NCBI GenBank assembly: GCA_026770705.1
Contig: JANJGN010000034.1
Span: forward strand, 7,192,001-7,256,000
Direction: 5' to 3'
Length of the DNA: 64,000 nucleotides
Origin: Isurus oxyrinchus
Lineage: Eukaryota
In this document: positions 1-11,457 of the stretch, piece after piece
Layout: every line of letters starts with the position of its first letter
Numbering within the stretch: the stretch's first letter is position 1
The notes under the pieces: generated by a model
What the model saw: the letters and a program-made list of their open reading frames with translations, nothing else
The model's database searches: none
Told to the model about the DNA's origin: nothing
Position numbers and translations under genes: made by a program

Positions 1-318
1 TATTGGTATAATATCGCTTTCAGGTTTTTCGGAGCTCGCTCTGTGTAAAATAACTCTTGTGTTTTCTTTATTATTAGCGTGTGTGTTTTCTTTATTATTA
101 GCGTGAATGCATTTCCAAATGTGGGCCAGGCGATGTCGCATGTCCTGAGAATGTGACGGGCACCACAACAATTCTCACACACACCTGAAATGAAACAAGA
201 ATGGTTGATGTGCCAGCATGCCAACAGTAATGACAACATAATTGAGGCGACGTTTGAGGGGAAATGTTGGTATTTGATTGCTTAAATAACCTTTCAACTG
301 TTTATTTTAAAATACAAG

Positions 319-345
319 AATTCGGCAAGAAAATTGGAGAATTAG
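319..345 (+). CDS. Micro-exon 1 (27 nt, phase 1-1) of coiled-coil micro-exon gene: (E)FGKKIGEL
   Basis: ttttaaaatacaag|AATTCGGCAAGAAAATTGGAGAATTAG|gtgagt. Strong donor, AAG acceptor. Extending 9 nt upstream gives EIQEFGKKIGEL, similar to exon 41352 (EIEKLNNKLLAF). Confidence 0.65.
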   Translation, partial: NSARKLEN

Positions 346-825
346 GTGAGTAATGGACTAAAGAAAATGTGGAAACATTGCTCTCTTATGGGTTCATTCT
401 GAAAAATTGTTTGCTTTCCTCATGGCAAATGGGATGTCTAGACAAAGGTTAACAGGAAATCTAATCTAACGTTAACTACTTTCATGTCACTATCAATGTC
501 AGAGACCGGGCCAGCGGCGCCAATCATGGTGATGTCCGGTAGAAGTCAGATTAACCCAGTGTGTGATCAAATATTGACAACTCGTTTATGGCGAGAACAT
601 GTATGAGTGCGACTCGGTTTGTGTGGGAGTTCGGTTTGAGGATGTGTGGAGAGGGCGGTGTTGTATATCTATAAGGTTCGATGTGTTTGATGGTGGATGT
701 TACTGATCTAGGTCAGAAATAAATTAGATCTGGTGGAGATCGATCGGGCTTTGCTAAAACGAAATATGCCTTTCAACATGTGTGTGTGGTCAGCTCTTTC
801 TGGGGTCAAGTTTCATTTTAATAGC

Positions 826-1100
826 TATCTCATGAGATGTGGGCATCGCAAGCAAGGCCCTCCTTTTTTTGCCTATTCTAATTGCCTTTGAAATGTCAGT
901 CTTGCAATACCTAACCATAGCCAATTACAGCAGATATGTTTCCCTGAACTGAAAGGGCAGAATTGATTTTATGTCCCGTTACGGAGAGGAGCTTTCAATT
1001 CATTCATTCTACAAATTGCCATGGTGGCGCTTGAACCCATGTCTCAGAGCATTTCCCTGGGACTGTGGATTACCAGTCTCGTCACAGTGTCACCATGCCT
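826..1100 (-). mobile_element. Degenerate Deu-domain tRNA SINE (SacSINE1-like), partial
   Basis: Reverse complement of the SINE tail (tgagatgtgggcatcgcaagcaaggcc) and tRNA-like head (ttgaacccatgtctcagagcatt...ctgtggattaccagt). Confidence 0.55.
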
Positions 1101-1604
1101 ATATCTTTTCGTTTGTATGAGAGCGGTTGTGGATGAAATCCACATTGTCCGATTGCATATGCATAAGATGTATTCTGGTTCCGGTATGGAAAATTCCCTT
1201 TATGAATAAGAACAATTAAACGTAAGTCAGAATCGATGATAATGTATATGAGCCAGTCCTGTCTAGGTAATGTATCTTTTAGATGGTACCACGTTTAAAC
1301 GCAGACTGGTGATGTTGAACAAGGGCAAGGCTGAGAGTGTTTATGAGCAATAAGGCCAGGAAATACACCTCAGTGGTTGTACAACACTCGGATGTATGTA
1401 AAACGCGCTATAGATATATAAGCCCTCCTTTCTACCTAGTGCGGCAATCCATAATATTTGTTTGCATCGAAATTTACATTCTCTAACATGAGGAAGGGTG
1501 CATAATTGGCGGTCAATTTGATGAGTGCCGCTATCTTCCACAGCCGTGAAAATGTACATTTAAGAAGGTAGATTCAGCTTTTGTGGAACAAGGTAAGTTT
1601 TCAG

Positions 1605-1680
1605 CCCACCACCACCCACCATCCACACCACCGCACACCCCCCCCCCCCCACCCCCACACCGGCACCCCCTGCCCCGCCC
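1605..1680. repeat. C-rich low-complexity tract
   Basis: ccaccacccacc...cccccccccccccc...tgccccgccc; explains the Pro/His-rich ORF 1583-1804. Confidence 0.85.
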
Positions 1681-2269
1681 GTTTTTATATCACGGATCTT
1701 CCATAGCCATTAATCTCACAGTTACAAAGGTATGTTCCTCGCTCAGACCTGCTTTGTGCAACTGCATCAAAGAAGTTCTACAGCTTCGGCACTGCATGTT
1801 TTAGACAACTTTCATGAATTCCATAAATTCGCCATCATTATTGTGCTTTTACTTTTACCATGGTGCAGTTATGTCCGCTATAGATAACATTGCCGTGGCA
1901 ATGCAAAAGCACATCACTATTTATTGATGATTGTTAATGTATTGGTTATTATTTATTCATAAATAGCTCCATTGAGTACAAAACCAGGCAATTTATGCTG
2001 AGCCGATAGATTTCTAATTACAAAACAACCTGAGCATCAAAACAAAAGATTCAAACATTCAGAAGCTGTTTCAAATGCTGAAGAGGAGATGCACCATCTT
2101 TTATATTCAGCGATAAAAGGCATTAAGCAGCAATACAAAATTGAAGGCTGGCGTTGTCCTCTTTGGAGCAAAGGAGCTGGAAGAGGCATCTAATAGATGT
2201 CAGCAAGGTTAATGCACATTTGGATAAGTTAGCAAAGAAAGTATCTTTGCTCGACAAGGGTGTACATCA

Positions 2270-2550
2270 GGAAGAACTACCGTTCATGTTGTTACACCGC
2301 CATGTGCAAGTGACCCTTCAGTTACAAGCCATCCTAACATATCAACATTGCACTGCACATTGCACCTAACATTGAGATATGTCGCCCTTCCTTCTCTGCC
2401 ACTGTGTTTAAATCCTGGAACCCCATTTCACAGCACTGTGAGTGTTCCTGCAATACATGGACTGCAGCGGTTCAAGGAGGCAGCACACAATTAACTTCTC
2501 AGGGGCAATCCGGATGGCCAACAACACCCAAGCCCTGTCAAATAATAAAA
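2270..2550 (+). mobile_element. 3' end of L2/Crack-type LINE
   Basis: aaatcctggaacccc...cagcactgtg...atggactgcagcggttcaaggaggcagc...ttctcaggggcaat, a tail that recurs many times in the window. Confidence 0.6.
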
Positions 2551-2559
2551 TAAACACTG

Positions 2560-4150
2560 TACTCTGAACAGTATCCGCTGGGCCTGAGGCATGCAGTCAT
2601 GGACAGCAGGAAACGAGGTAATTCGGCCCAGGAGTTCCAAAACCTTCAATCTGCGCCCCCAGTCCTTGTATGATCACCCAACAGGACCACGTTTTATTTG
2701 CTCACTTACCCAAATGTCTACTAACCTTGCTGACATCTGTTACAACCCTCTTCCAGCTGCTTTGCACCAAAGAGAACAACATCAGCCTCCAATTTTACAT
2801 TACTGCTTGATGCCTGTTATAGCTGAATAAAAAAAATGCTACATCTCCTCTTCACCCTTTGAAGCACCTTCCAAATGTGTGAATCCTTTATTTTGATGCT
2901 CTAGTTGTTACCTAACTGGAGATTTATCGGCTCAGGATCACTTTCCTGCCTTTGAATTCAATACAGCTACTTATGAAGATGAAAATCAGGTATGATTTGT
3001 TAACTGCTTTCAACACCTTCAATCGCCAATGATACATGCAGCCATCCACCAGGTATCTCAGTTCTTCATACCCTTTCAAAATGTGGCATTATGCATAATT
3101 TGCCTTTCCAAATCCCGTCGAATACAATGCATCACCACACAATTACAATTATTAAATTTCATCAGCCATTGCGCCCCCATCTCAAACCCCCTTTCAGCTA
3201 ATGTATCGAAGCCATATTGCTGTCAGTTGATAGCAACTTCACTCTTTGCTACATATCCAAAATGCTACCAGTGGCAAATTTTGCATCTCCACCCAAAATT
3301 TCAATCTTCAAGATATTCATTAATGAAACTGTGGGAAAACCATGTTGTCCTACATCACCGGGTTTGAGTAACAACAGTTTACAACAATATGTTTTTTTCT
3401 CCTTTTCACTTTTATTCTTAGGCCAAATTTTATCCATGTGGACAATGGCCTTATATCGCATGAGCCCCAATTTAGTTCCGAGAAATGCCCTCACACCTTG
3501 AAACCTGCTGGGGACATCTCCGCATTGATAGAATAGTGGAAGACAATTGCAAGCCAGTGCAATAGCTCACTCCGGCTTTCCCTAAAAATTGGGGTGATTG
3601 CCTTCCCAAGAGGCAACTTATCCAGTCCAAGTATAATTGCCATTGTCGGTACATTTTGACAATCAATATTCAGCAAATCCATACTCCCTAACTTCTCCAG
3701 TTCTATTGACAGTCTGCCAGCATCCTCTAGCCTTGCCATGTGTTTCTGAGTGTACATCAAAGTGAACACTTCCTCTTTCTACCTGCTTTTGCTTGACATT
3801 TGGACTGATGATTTTGCAATAGTTTTGTTTTACCTGCTACTTTTTTTTTCAGGTTCTCTAATTTCCAGCTTTGCTTCGTCATTACTTGTGTCTTCAATTA
3901 TTCTTTTTGGCCCATTTCAAATTTGAAGAGCTCACCTGACAAGATTTATTCATCCACTTAGTTGTTCGATCATAGCTTTTTTGTGCCTTGCTTTCGAAGT
4001 CGCCCTGCCTTTGATTGATCTGCCTTTCTGCATGTTGCAGTGTCCTTAAGTCCCACCTGAAATATTCCTGCCTTGGCAACCACAGATTGATTTGTTAGTT
4101 TTCGTTTCCTTCCAAAGATTGAATCCAGCTTCTTTAATTCTTGGGGATTA
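2560..4150 (-). mobile_element. Decayed CR1 LINE (RT region)
   Basis: Minus strand reads as degenerate CR1 RT C-terminus (…GIEFK.REV…LEH-like; …RDLGV-like), with many stops and frameshifts. Confidence 0.6.
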
Positions 4151-4213
4151 AGCTTTAAGCTCCTACTGTACATTCTGCATGCCTTAAGTTTATTTTATAA
4201 TCTTCATCCACAG

Positions 4214-4228
4214 AAAAAGGATTGAAGG
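4214..4228 (+). CDS. Micro-exon 2 (15 nt): (E)KGLK
   Basis: tttattttataatcttcatccacag|AAAAAGGATTGAAGG|gtaaga; same size, phase and AAAAA start as exons 13367 and 50469. Confidence 0.75.
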
Positions 4229-4689
4229 GTAAGAATGTTCTTGTTATTTTATATCGCCTCCCGTGCCCAAGAAACATTAAGAGACTGCTAAATGTGAGCG
4301 TTCTGAGGAATTTGTTACTCTTTGAATGCAAAACGGAAGAAGGAAAACAAGCAAGTGTGGCTTGCAATTAAAAAAGAAAATGGCACGTCAGTCTTTATAG
4401 CGCCAAGTTACGTACAAAAAGAAAGAAGACTTTCAGCAATTACAGGGATTTAGTAACCCCACCGGAGTGGGGCCAGCATCAAGGAATGTGGCAGAGCAGC
4501 CAAAAATTCATTCACTTCTGACGGGACAGGCTGATTTCGGCAAAGGGTGTGGCCGGAAAATCCCACCCTTAAGATTTAGCACGGACAATGCCAGGGTGCC
4601 TGTGTACAGTTTTTTTTTATTCCTCAACTACAAAGGACTACACAACACTTCTTGGATTATTGCTTGGACAATACAGTTCATTTATGAGC

Positions 4690-5100
4690 ACAGAATTGGC
4701 CCAATAAACATGTATTATCTTGAATGTGGAAGATGAGAGATGATTTTTTTTAAATTGTATCAAGTTATAGATTTCAATAAGCTGCGTTCCTGCTAGGACT
4801 GTCTAAATGTAGAGCTCAAAGAGTTAGGATAAGGCGTATGGGGATGAGGAGAGGTTACCTTACCCAGAGAATTATGATTTTGCTGGAATTCTCAGCCATG
4901 TAACTAGTGGGTGTTCACACGTTGAGTACATTAAAGGCTGCTATTGATAGATGTTTGGGCACTAGGGGAATCTGGAGCTATGGGTTAGGGCAGAAACCTG
5001 ACAACTAGAAAATCATCCACTATATCATTGAGTGGCAGGCAGGATTGCGTGCCTCCATGGATAGCTGTTGCCCTTATGCCCTACATGCTAATGGTCTTAG
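4690..5100 (+). mobile_element. CR1 LINE 3' fragment
   Basis: ttacccagagaatt…tggaattct…attgatagatgtttgggcactaggggaatc, typical CR1 3' terminus. Confidence 0.55.
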
Positions 5101-5149
5101 AGTTGAAAATTGCCCGCAAAACATATTAGCTTGATGCCCAATTGAAGGA

Positions 5150-5291
5150 TATAACTGAAGAAGAGTCATACGAACTCGAAATGGTAACTCCAGTTTTTTA
5201 ACCAAAGATGCTGCTAGACCTGCTGAATCTTTCCAGCACTTTTTTTGTTTTCACTTCAGGTTTCCAGCATCTGCAATATTTTTGCTTTCAT
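5150..5291 (+). mobile_element. Penelope pLTR-derived short element with minimal hammerhead motif (older subfamily)
   Basis: CTGAAGA-A-GAGTC-atacga-ACTC-GAAA followed by gatgctgctagacctgctgaatctttccagca…tttccagcatctgcaatattttgcttt. Confidence 0.7.
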
Positions 5292-5329
5292 CATGAAAAA
5301 TATCATTCTTGTGGTCAAATCCAGCCCTT

Positions 5330-6030
5330 CCTTCTGGAGTTTTCACCTGCATTATGTTTATAGGTTTAATCGCTTTTGGTTTGGAGGCAACGCTGGTAAT
5401 GCCTCCCATCATTAACTGCCCTTGAGGAGGCGATGGTGAGCCATCTTCCCGAACCTCTGGAGCCCAGTTGTGGCCTTGCTGCACGCAGAGTGCCATCAGC
5501 TGGAAGTTCCAAGATATGGAGTGAGTGACAGTGAAGGATTGGCGATAAAGTTGCAAGTCAGGTTGGTGTGAGGCTTGGGCGCGGATATGCAAGTTTTGAT
5601 GTGCTCCGACATCTGCTGTCCTTGTTTTTCTCATGGTAGAGTGTGAGTTTTTTGAAGAAGTTCCTGAAGGAAAGTTGGCGGGTTGTTCCAGTGCATCTTG
5701 CAGATAGTACACAATGTTGTCACTGTGTCAAGACTGAATATCAGTAGCATTTAAAGAGGTGAATAGGGCGGAGATTGTGAAAGTGGGCGTGGTATGTGCT
5801 TGACCTTCGATTGTGTCGAGATTCATTAGTGATGTTTGAGCTGCATGCAACTGAACAACTGGTAATGTGAGACCACACTCATGTTGCTTCATGAAAGTCG
5901 TGGACAGGTTTTGCGGAGACAGGAGCAGCGGTATTGCCTGCAGAGTTCCCAGCCTCTGGGTGACCCTTGCAGTCTCATTACAGTTACAGTTGATCCAATG
6001 AATTTTATGGTCAATACTAATTCATAAAAT
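5330..6030 (-). mobile_element. L2/Crack-type LINE 3' portion
   Basis: Reverse complement of the LINE tail (cctcccatcattaactgcccttgaggaggcgatggtgagcc; cagtgcatcttgcagatagtacac). Confidence 0.55.
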
Positions 6031-6375
6031 GTCAAAAATTACGTTTCTCAAAACATCAAATTCCTTCATCTTTGATATATTTTACATCGTCCAGATCCTT
6101 CAACTCAGTATTAACTGCATTATTAAACGGTTAGCTATTACCTACCCTGAAGTCTCAATACATCTGCACAATTCGCTCTACCTTTAAGGCACGCCTTAAC
6201 ATCTAACAAATTGACTGAAGCTTTTGTCACAATTCCTAATATCCTGCATGCAATTTTCAATGTAAATTTGTTCCAACCTACTCCTACTCAAAATATATCA
6301 ATCCAAAAATCAGAGGAATCCACAGAAAAGATAAGGGGGTTTGATAAATTGTGCCTGCATTCGATGGCAAATATA

Positions 6376-6425
6376 CATATAGATAGATAGATAGATATAT
6401 CACATACATATATATATTTATATAT
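6376..6425. repeat. (AGAT)n/(TA)n microsatellite
   Basis: atatagatagatagatagatatat…atatatatattatatatg. Confidence 0.8.
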
Positions 6426-7500
6426 GCTCCTCCAGTTAGGTATTGAGTTGCCAACGACCGCTCACGAGTAGATGTGACAGGACCCCTGTACTTTCATCCC
6501 ATATGTTGCTTGTGGGATTGATTAACTCCGCCTATTGCTTGCTGCCTCTGTTGTTTGTATACTGATAGGCCTGTGACACTAATTCACAGGGGTGACATCT
6601 CATTATATGTATGTCTTAATTTTCCTCCAAGCACTCTCTGTTCATTGAATCCGAACGTGTCCTTTGTGATGGTAACTCTACTTTACGATGATCACTCCTA
6701 TCAGTAATGTTAAGGGCAGATGCATTTGAGACACGCAGATTGGTGAGAACAATGCTTCATAGGATTTCCCTCCTTTTGGTTCCCTCACCATTTCCTGCAG
6801 CCCAGCCTGGAAGAAATGAAACTGAAGGCTGAACCAGCTCGGCCTGTAGTGGTACTGCCGAGCCATTTATTGTGATGGATGGCGTAGTCCCCTAATAAGA
6901 GCATTTCTTGTCATTTTACCCTCGTCAGTCCTTCTTTCAAGTGCTTTTCAACATGGATGAATGCTAATTCATTATCTTAGAGACAGTAATAGTCACAATC
7001 AGCAGGATCTTTTCTGACACATATTGGACCAGGTATCATGTGTCTTTATTGGGCCTGGAGTAACTTTTCAGGATGCCAAGAGGCACCTGCTCCAGATTAC
7101 GTAACAGTCTGCCAACACTTCTGGCGTGTCTGTCCAGGAAGTGGAACAGGGTAGGTCAAGGAATGTTGACGATGTGGTCTGTTACATTGGCTTTACGGTA
7201 TGATCACAAGATTATGGCTATTGCAGGCCTTTGCTTGACGGTCCTGTGAGACACCGCTCCCCATTTTGGCTCAACATGAGATATGCTGGCAAAAAGGATT
7301 CTGCAGGATCGGCAGGGCTGTGTGTGACATTGCATTTTTGACGCCTACGTCGATGATGGGTAGTCCGCCTGGTTTTATGCTTTTTTGATTTCTTCTGCAA
7401 CTGAGTGGAGTACTGGGCCATTTAAGAGGGCATTTCATATTAAATCATATCTGTGTGGGGCTGGAGTTGGATGCAGTCCAGACGAGGTATTGACAGCAGA

Positions 7501-7798
7501 GTTGAAAACAAAGAAAACTGCGGATGCTGGAAATCTAAAACAAAAACAGAATTACCTGGAAAAACTCAGTAGGTCTGGCAGCATCGGCGGAGGAGAAAAG
7601 AGTTGACGTTTCGAGTCCTCATGACCCTTCGACAGAACTTGATGCCTCATGACCCTTCGACAGAACTTGAACCTCATGACCCTTCGACAGAACTTGATCA
7701 AGTTCTGTCGAAGGGTCATGAGGACTCGAAACGTCAACTCTTTTCTCCTCCGCCGATGCTGCCAGACCTACTGAGTTTTTCCAGGTAATTCTGTTTTT
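7501..7798. mobile_element. Young palindromic Penelope-derived element with two hammerhead-like cores and 14-bp TSD
   Basis: Perfect 104-bp inverted arms (7540-7643 and 7697-7800); three tandem 26-mers cctcatgacccttcgacagaacttga; TSD gtattgacagcaga at 7487-7500 and 7799-7812. Confidence 0.9.
7701..7739 (+). ncRNA. Minimal type I hammerhead ribozyme-like motif (A6U core variant); mirror copy on - strand at 7601-7639
   Basis: AGUU-CUGUCGA-A-GGGUC-augag-GACUC-GAAA-CG-UC-AACU: helix I AGUU/AACU, helix II GGGUC/GACUC, GAAA, palindromic ACGU mini-helix III, UC cleavage site. Confidence 0.6.
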
Positions 7799-8761
7799 GT
7801 ATTGACAGCAGACATTGTTTCATTAAAGCAACGAGTGAATCAGGTGGATTTTTACAACAATCAATAATAGTTTATTGGAACCTTTACTAAGTCCAGCTTT
7901 CAGTTTCATTTTTAAATTAGTTAATACAATGGATTAGTAAATTGTATTGGTACTACATCAAATGCCCAGAACAGGCTCGAACACCTGTCGCAGTGTTTTA
8001 ATATCTGTCCCCTCTTGATTCCAACCATCTATGCACTTCAAGTAAATTTCTAAGTACGTCCCTAACATTGTGTGGGTTTTTGTTTCGTCCGCTCTTTCAT
8101 ACAATGACGCCTAGATCAACACAGCTTTCCAGGTGACAAGGTCCCCTTGAATCCCTCCAAAATCTCGTATCTCTTACGATAAATGTATTCCCTCTTTTTA
8201 TGACTGCATTACGAATGGGAATAGGATCTTCCTATGCTCCCAATCAGAACCCTTCATAAGGTTTTGCATTTGAATTCGACCACCACTCAGTCTAATCTGG
8301 TCTGAGGAAAATTAGCCAATGTAATCTTTCCTCATAAGGAAAACGTTCGAATCAGTGCAATGCTTAGGAAACGCCCTCTCTCTCCCCTCCATCACAATCA
8401 CATATTTCCTGTACTGTTGGGCCAAGAGTTTCACATGGCCTTATTAGTGTTTTATCAATAACCGCCAGCAATCCCTCACAGCTCCAACTTTTTTTTCGGC
8501 CTCGGTAATAGCAAAGTACCCTGTATAACTGGAATATCTTAGAACAACAGAAGTGCTAAATTAATGTAAGTAATACAGCATTTAGTCAGTCGACAGTGAA
8601 ATGGCATAATATAATATTCTCCGTTTAGCTCTCAGTGATGACTTTTCCCATAAGTGATTATCTCATTCAATGAATAATTTGGCACAATGCAGTTTATTCA
8701 CAATGGATAGCTGCATTTCTTCATTTCTTAATAAGGATTTTATAGAAAAGGTCATGTCAAC

Positions 8762-8900
8762 ATGAGCACTGAGATTGCAATTTTAACGTGAGCGCTGAGA
8801 ATGAAATTTTAACGTGAGCACTGAGAATGAAATTTTAACGTGAGCACTGAAGTTGTAATTTTAACGTGAGCACTGAGAATGAAATTGTAACGTGAGCGCT
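8762..8900. repeat. 26-bp minisatellite, about 5.3 copies
   Basis: Unit gtgagcactgagaatgaaattttaac; ends about 26 nt upstream of exon 8927. Confidence 0.9.
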
Positions 8901-8926
8901 TAGGTTGTTGCTTGTCTGAATTGCAG

Positions 8927-8962
8927 ATCTGAGCAAGTGCAAAGAATCTCTGAAAGCGTTTG
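8927..8962 (+). CDS. Micro-exon 3 (36 nt): (D)LSKCKESLKAF
   Basis: ttgcttgtctgaattgcag|ATCTGAGCAAG…GCGTTTG|gtgaga; LxxCxxxL paralog class. Confidence 0.85.
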
Positions 8963-9395
8963 GTGAGAGAAGTGTTTCTGAATCACGTCTAATTTTCGCC
9001 TATCTCCTCTTCAAAGAGCAATTGCTATTTGGTTCCACGGGGCATTAAATAGCTCTGTAGTGGATTGTCAGAAATCACTTGCGACTGTAATTTTGATGCT
9101 GGACCTAGTATGTCTTCGTTCTTGCCACCGAAGTTTAGATACTCTGGGGGAAAGCATGCCAGCTGAGGCCTAATTTTTGTCTTTTAAATAAAGCTGCAAC
9201 GAGTTCAAGATTACTGGGTGGAAAATCACCGTTGGTAATATGACCGAACAGGCGGCTTAGCAACCACCAATTATTATTGGTAATGTGCATGTTACTGCCT
9301 AGCTGACAATTTCAAAACAAAGAAGAATTTGCCCTACAGTAAAAACGCTTTGATTATTTCCAATTTCTTCTGGTTTGTCTTCAACTCCATAACAG

Positions 9396-9422
9396 AAGAA
9401 AAGCTCAAAGCAAGTGAGAAAG
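9396..9422 (+). CDS. Micro-exon 4 (27 nt): (E)EKLKASEK
   Basis: tttgtcttcaactccataacag|AAGAAAAGCTC…GAGAAAG|gtaatt. Confidence 0.85.
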
Positions 9423-9589
9423 GTAATTGGATTAGCAATTCATTGCATTAAGACCCAAACGGTAAATGTGTGATAATTGCTTCCTAAAGTCTTCTAGCAA
9501 ATTGAATGGTAGAAAATAACTTAGGAAGGTGGTGTCAACGTTAGAAGTTGCCTCATTCTTTGAATGGGCAAATGTACAACATACAGATT

Positions 9590-10390
9590 CGAAGCAGGTG
9601 AAGGTCAGTCAACCCCTTGAGCCTGCTCCGCAATTCAATAAAATCATAAAAACAAGTTCATCAAGTTCTGTCGAAGGGTCATGAAGACTCAAAACGTCAA
9701 CTCTTTTCTTCTCCGCCGATGCTGCCAGACCTGCTGAGTTTTTCCAGGTAATTCTGTTTTTGTTTTCAATAAAATCATAGTTGATCTGATTGTAATCTCC
9801 ACATTCACAGCTATCTCGATAACATTTCACCCCTTGCTTATCAAGAATTTATCTGCCTCTCACGATAAAGCTTTTTAAAGATTCTGCTTCCAATGAGCTG
9901 AGAGGAGGAGAATTCCAAATATTCACGACCCTCTAAGAGGGAGGGGGGAAAGCCTAATCTCTGTCTTAAATCGGTGACTCCTTGTTTTTAAATAGTGAAC
10001 CCTGACTCTAGAATCTACCATGAGGGGAAACATCCACACCACATTCATCTTGTGAAGCTAACTAATGATCTTACCTGCTTCAATCAAGCCATGCATTCCT
10101 CTTCTAAATTCCAGCTGGCACAAGCATGGTTGTCCGATTTTTCCTCTTAAAAAAACCGCCCATTTCTTCTATTAGTCGAGCAAACCTTCTCAGAAGCCTT
10201 TCTAGAGCATTTTTTAAACAATACAATAATTGTTTTTTAAACAATACAGTACAATAAATTGTACTCCAAATGTAGTCTCACCAACTGAAGCATAAGCGTT
10301 CTATTTTTTAATTCAATTGTCCTCACAATAAATGATCACATTTTCTTGTATTTCCTAATTACTTACTACACCTGTATTCTAGTCATTGTG
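9590..10390 (-). mobile_element. CR1 LINE 3' portion
   Basis: gcaggtgaaggtcagtcaaccccttgagcctgctccgcaattcaat…gaattccaaatattcacgaccctct…tactccaaatgtagtctcacc, the reverse CR1 tail and RT end. Confidence 0.7.
9649..9764 (+). mobile_element. Single-arm copy of the young Penelope/hammerhead element with 15-bp TSD
   Basis: tcaagttctgtcgaagggtcatgaagactcaaaacgtcaactc…ctgtttttgt; TSD ttcaataaaatcata at 9634-9648 and 9765-9779. Confidence 0.85.
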
Positions 10391-11421
10391 ATTCATAGAT
10401 ATAGGAAAACTATTGCCACCTTTGGGAGATTTCTAAATGAAGAGGCGATAAAGAGAATTTTAATACTGTCTCCAAAGAACGCCTTAAGAGTGTCCAATAT
10501 CTGTAATTCGCTATCACATTCTGGCAAGTTGAATTTAAGAGACGGTTTAAAAAGAATCAAATGAGCGGAATTGCAATCAGATATTTTTCTCAAGGGCTGC
10601 CTGTACCTGGAGTGGGAGGTCGTTCTACTGCTCCCTAATTGCTGGCATTATCCCATTTGGACCAATGTAGTTTTTTCTTTGCTGCACATTCTGCATTTAC
10701 TTTTTGCTTGCACCATAGTTTGAAATGAGTGATACTAATATACGTGCCTAGTTTATACACCAATCAATTTTACTGCCCATTGACTGCAATGGAACATCAC
10801 CTTAGCCAATGTGTATAATTAGCAACAAATTTGGCAATCAGCAGTCCGTTTTACACCATCGATCAAAATTTAATCACAACCATGTTATGTTCGCTTTATA
10901 AAGTACAAAGATCGCCTGAAAGTTGACGACATAAGAATGTAGCACGTGTTCTGCATCAGAGTGACATCAATCATCACCCTGTCCCACACTATGATTCGCC
11001 GGAAAATAGTAAATGTACTTGACAATTCCAAATGAAGTATCGAAATATGCATACTACACACAGTTGCATAACATTTGGTGAAAAGCAACTGGCGTTGCTG
11101 CCAAGTGCACTATGATTGATTCAAGCTCCACAGGAGCCATATGCAACATTACCTAACCTAGATTCAAACATGGAGAGTTATAATAGGAAAGCATAAATGT
11201 CACTTTAATCTGCATTTGTGGTTATACGAGTCACTTTAGGCAGATGTGATGAATTAACATTTCAGCGAGGCAATGTGTGAACTGTGTAACATAAGTGCTT
11301 CTGATGGGAAAAAAAAAATTAACATGTGTTGTCATGTATTAGAAAGGATTGGGAAGGAATAAATACAGTAAAATACCTTTTGAAGCTGAAGTGTTATCAA
11401 TGTTCCTCCTCTACATTGCAG

Positions 11422-11457
11422 AACTAAGCGACTGTCAAAACGGCTTGAAAGAGTTAG
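11422..11457 (+). CDS. Micro-exon 5 (36 nt): (E)LSDCQNGLKEL
   Basis: ttcctcctctacattgcag|AACTAAGCGACTGT…GAGTTAG|gtcaga; close to exon 56960 (ELSDCLE). Confidence 0.85.

Larger units (their letters stand above)
6900..8000 (-). mobile_element. Degenerate Deu-SINE-type head (about 7420-8000) next to probable LINE endonuclease 5' fragment; interrupted by the 7501-7798 insertion
   Basis: ctgagtgg…gggccatttaagaggg…tgtggggctggagt…ccagacgaggta…gtgaatcaggtggatttttacaacaatc is the reverse of the Deu domain; the leftward sequence resembles the reverse of the LINE start seen at 14580 and 44880. Confidence 0.5.

Noticed and set aside
1205-1735. Donor-flanked short segments at 1211-1221, 1571/1577-1591 and 1707/1722-1729
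   Set aside because: Weak acceptors or lengths (11, 8, 23 nt) that do not combine in frame; not called, but cDNA should be checked.
1583-1804. Pro/His-rich ORF
   Set aside because: Translation of a C-rich low-complexity tract.
2969-2991. Exon-like segment cag|CTACTTATGAAGATGAAAATCAG|gtatga (TYEDENQ)
   Set aside because: Lies within an antisense CR1 RT remnant, is 23 nt (frameshifting) and resembles no exon class.
7552-7788. Mirror-image ORFs MTFRVLMTLRQNL… on both strands; CRISPR-like appearance of the 26-mers
   Set aside because: Artefact of the palindrome; the repeats have only 1-2 nt between them, so there are no spacers, and the context is eukaryotic.
8543-8571. ttag|AACAACAGAAGTGCTAAATTAAT|gtaagt
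   Set aside because: Both acceptor choices give a stop in the phase-1 frame; at most a decayed or poison exon.
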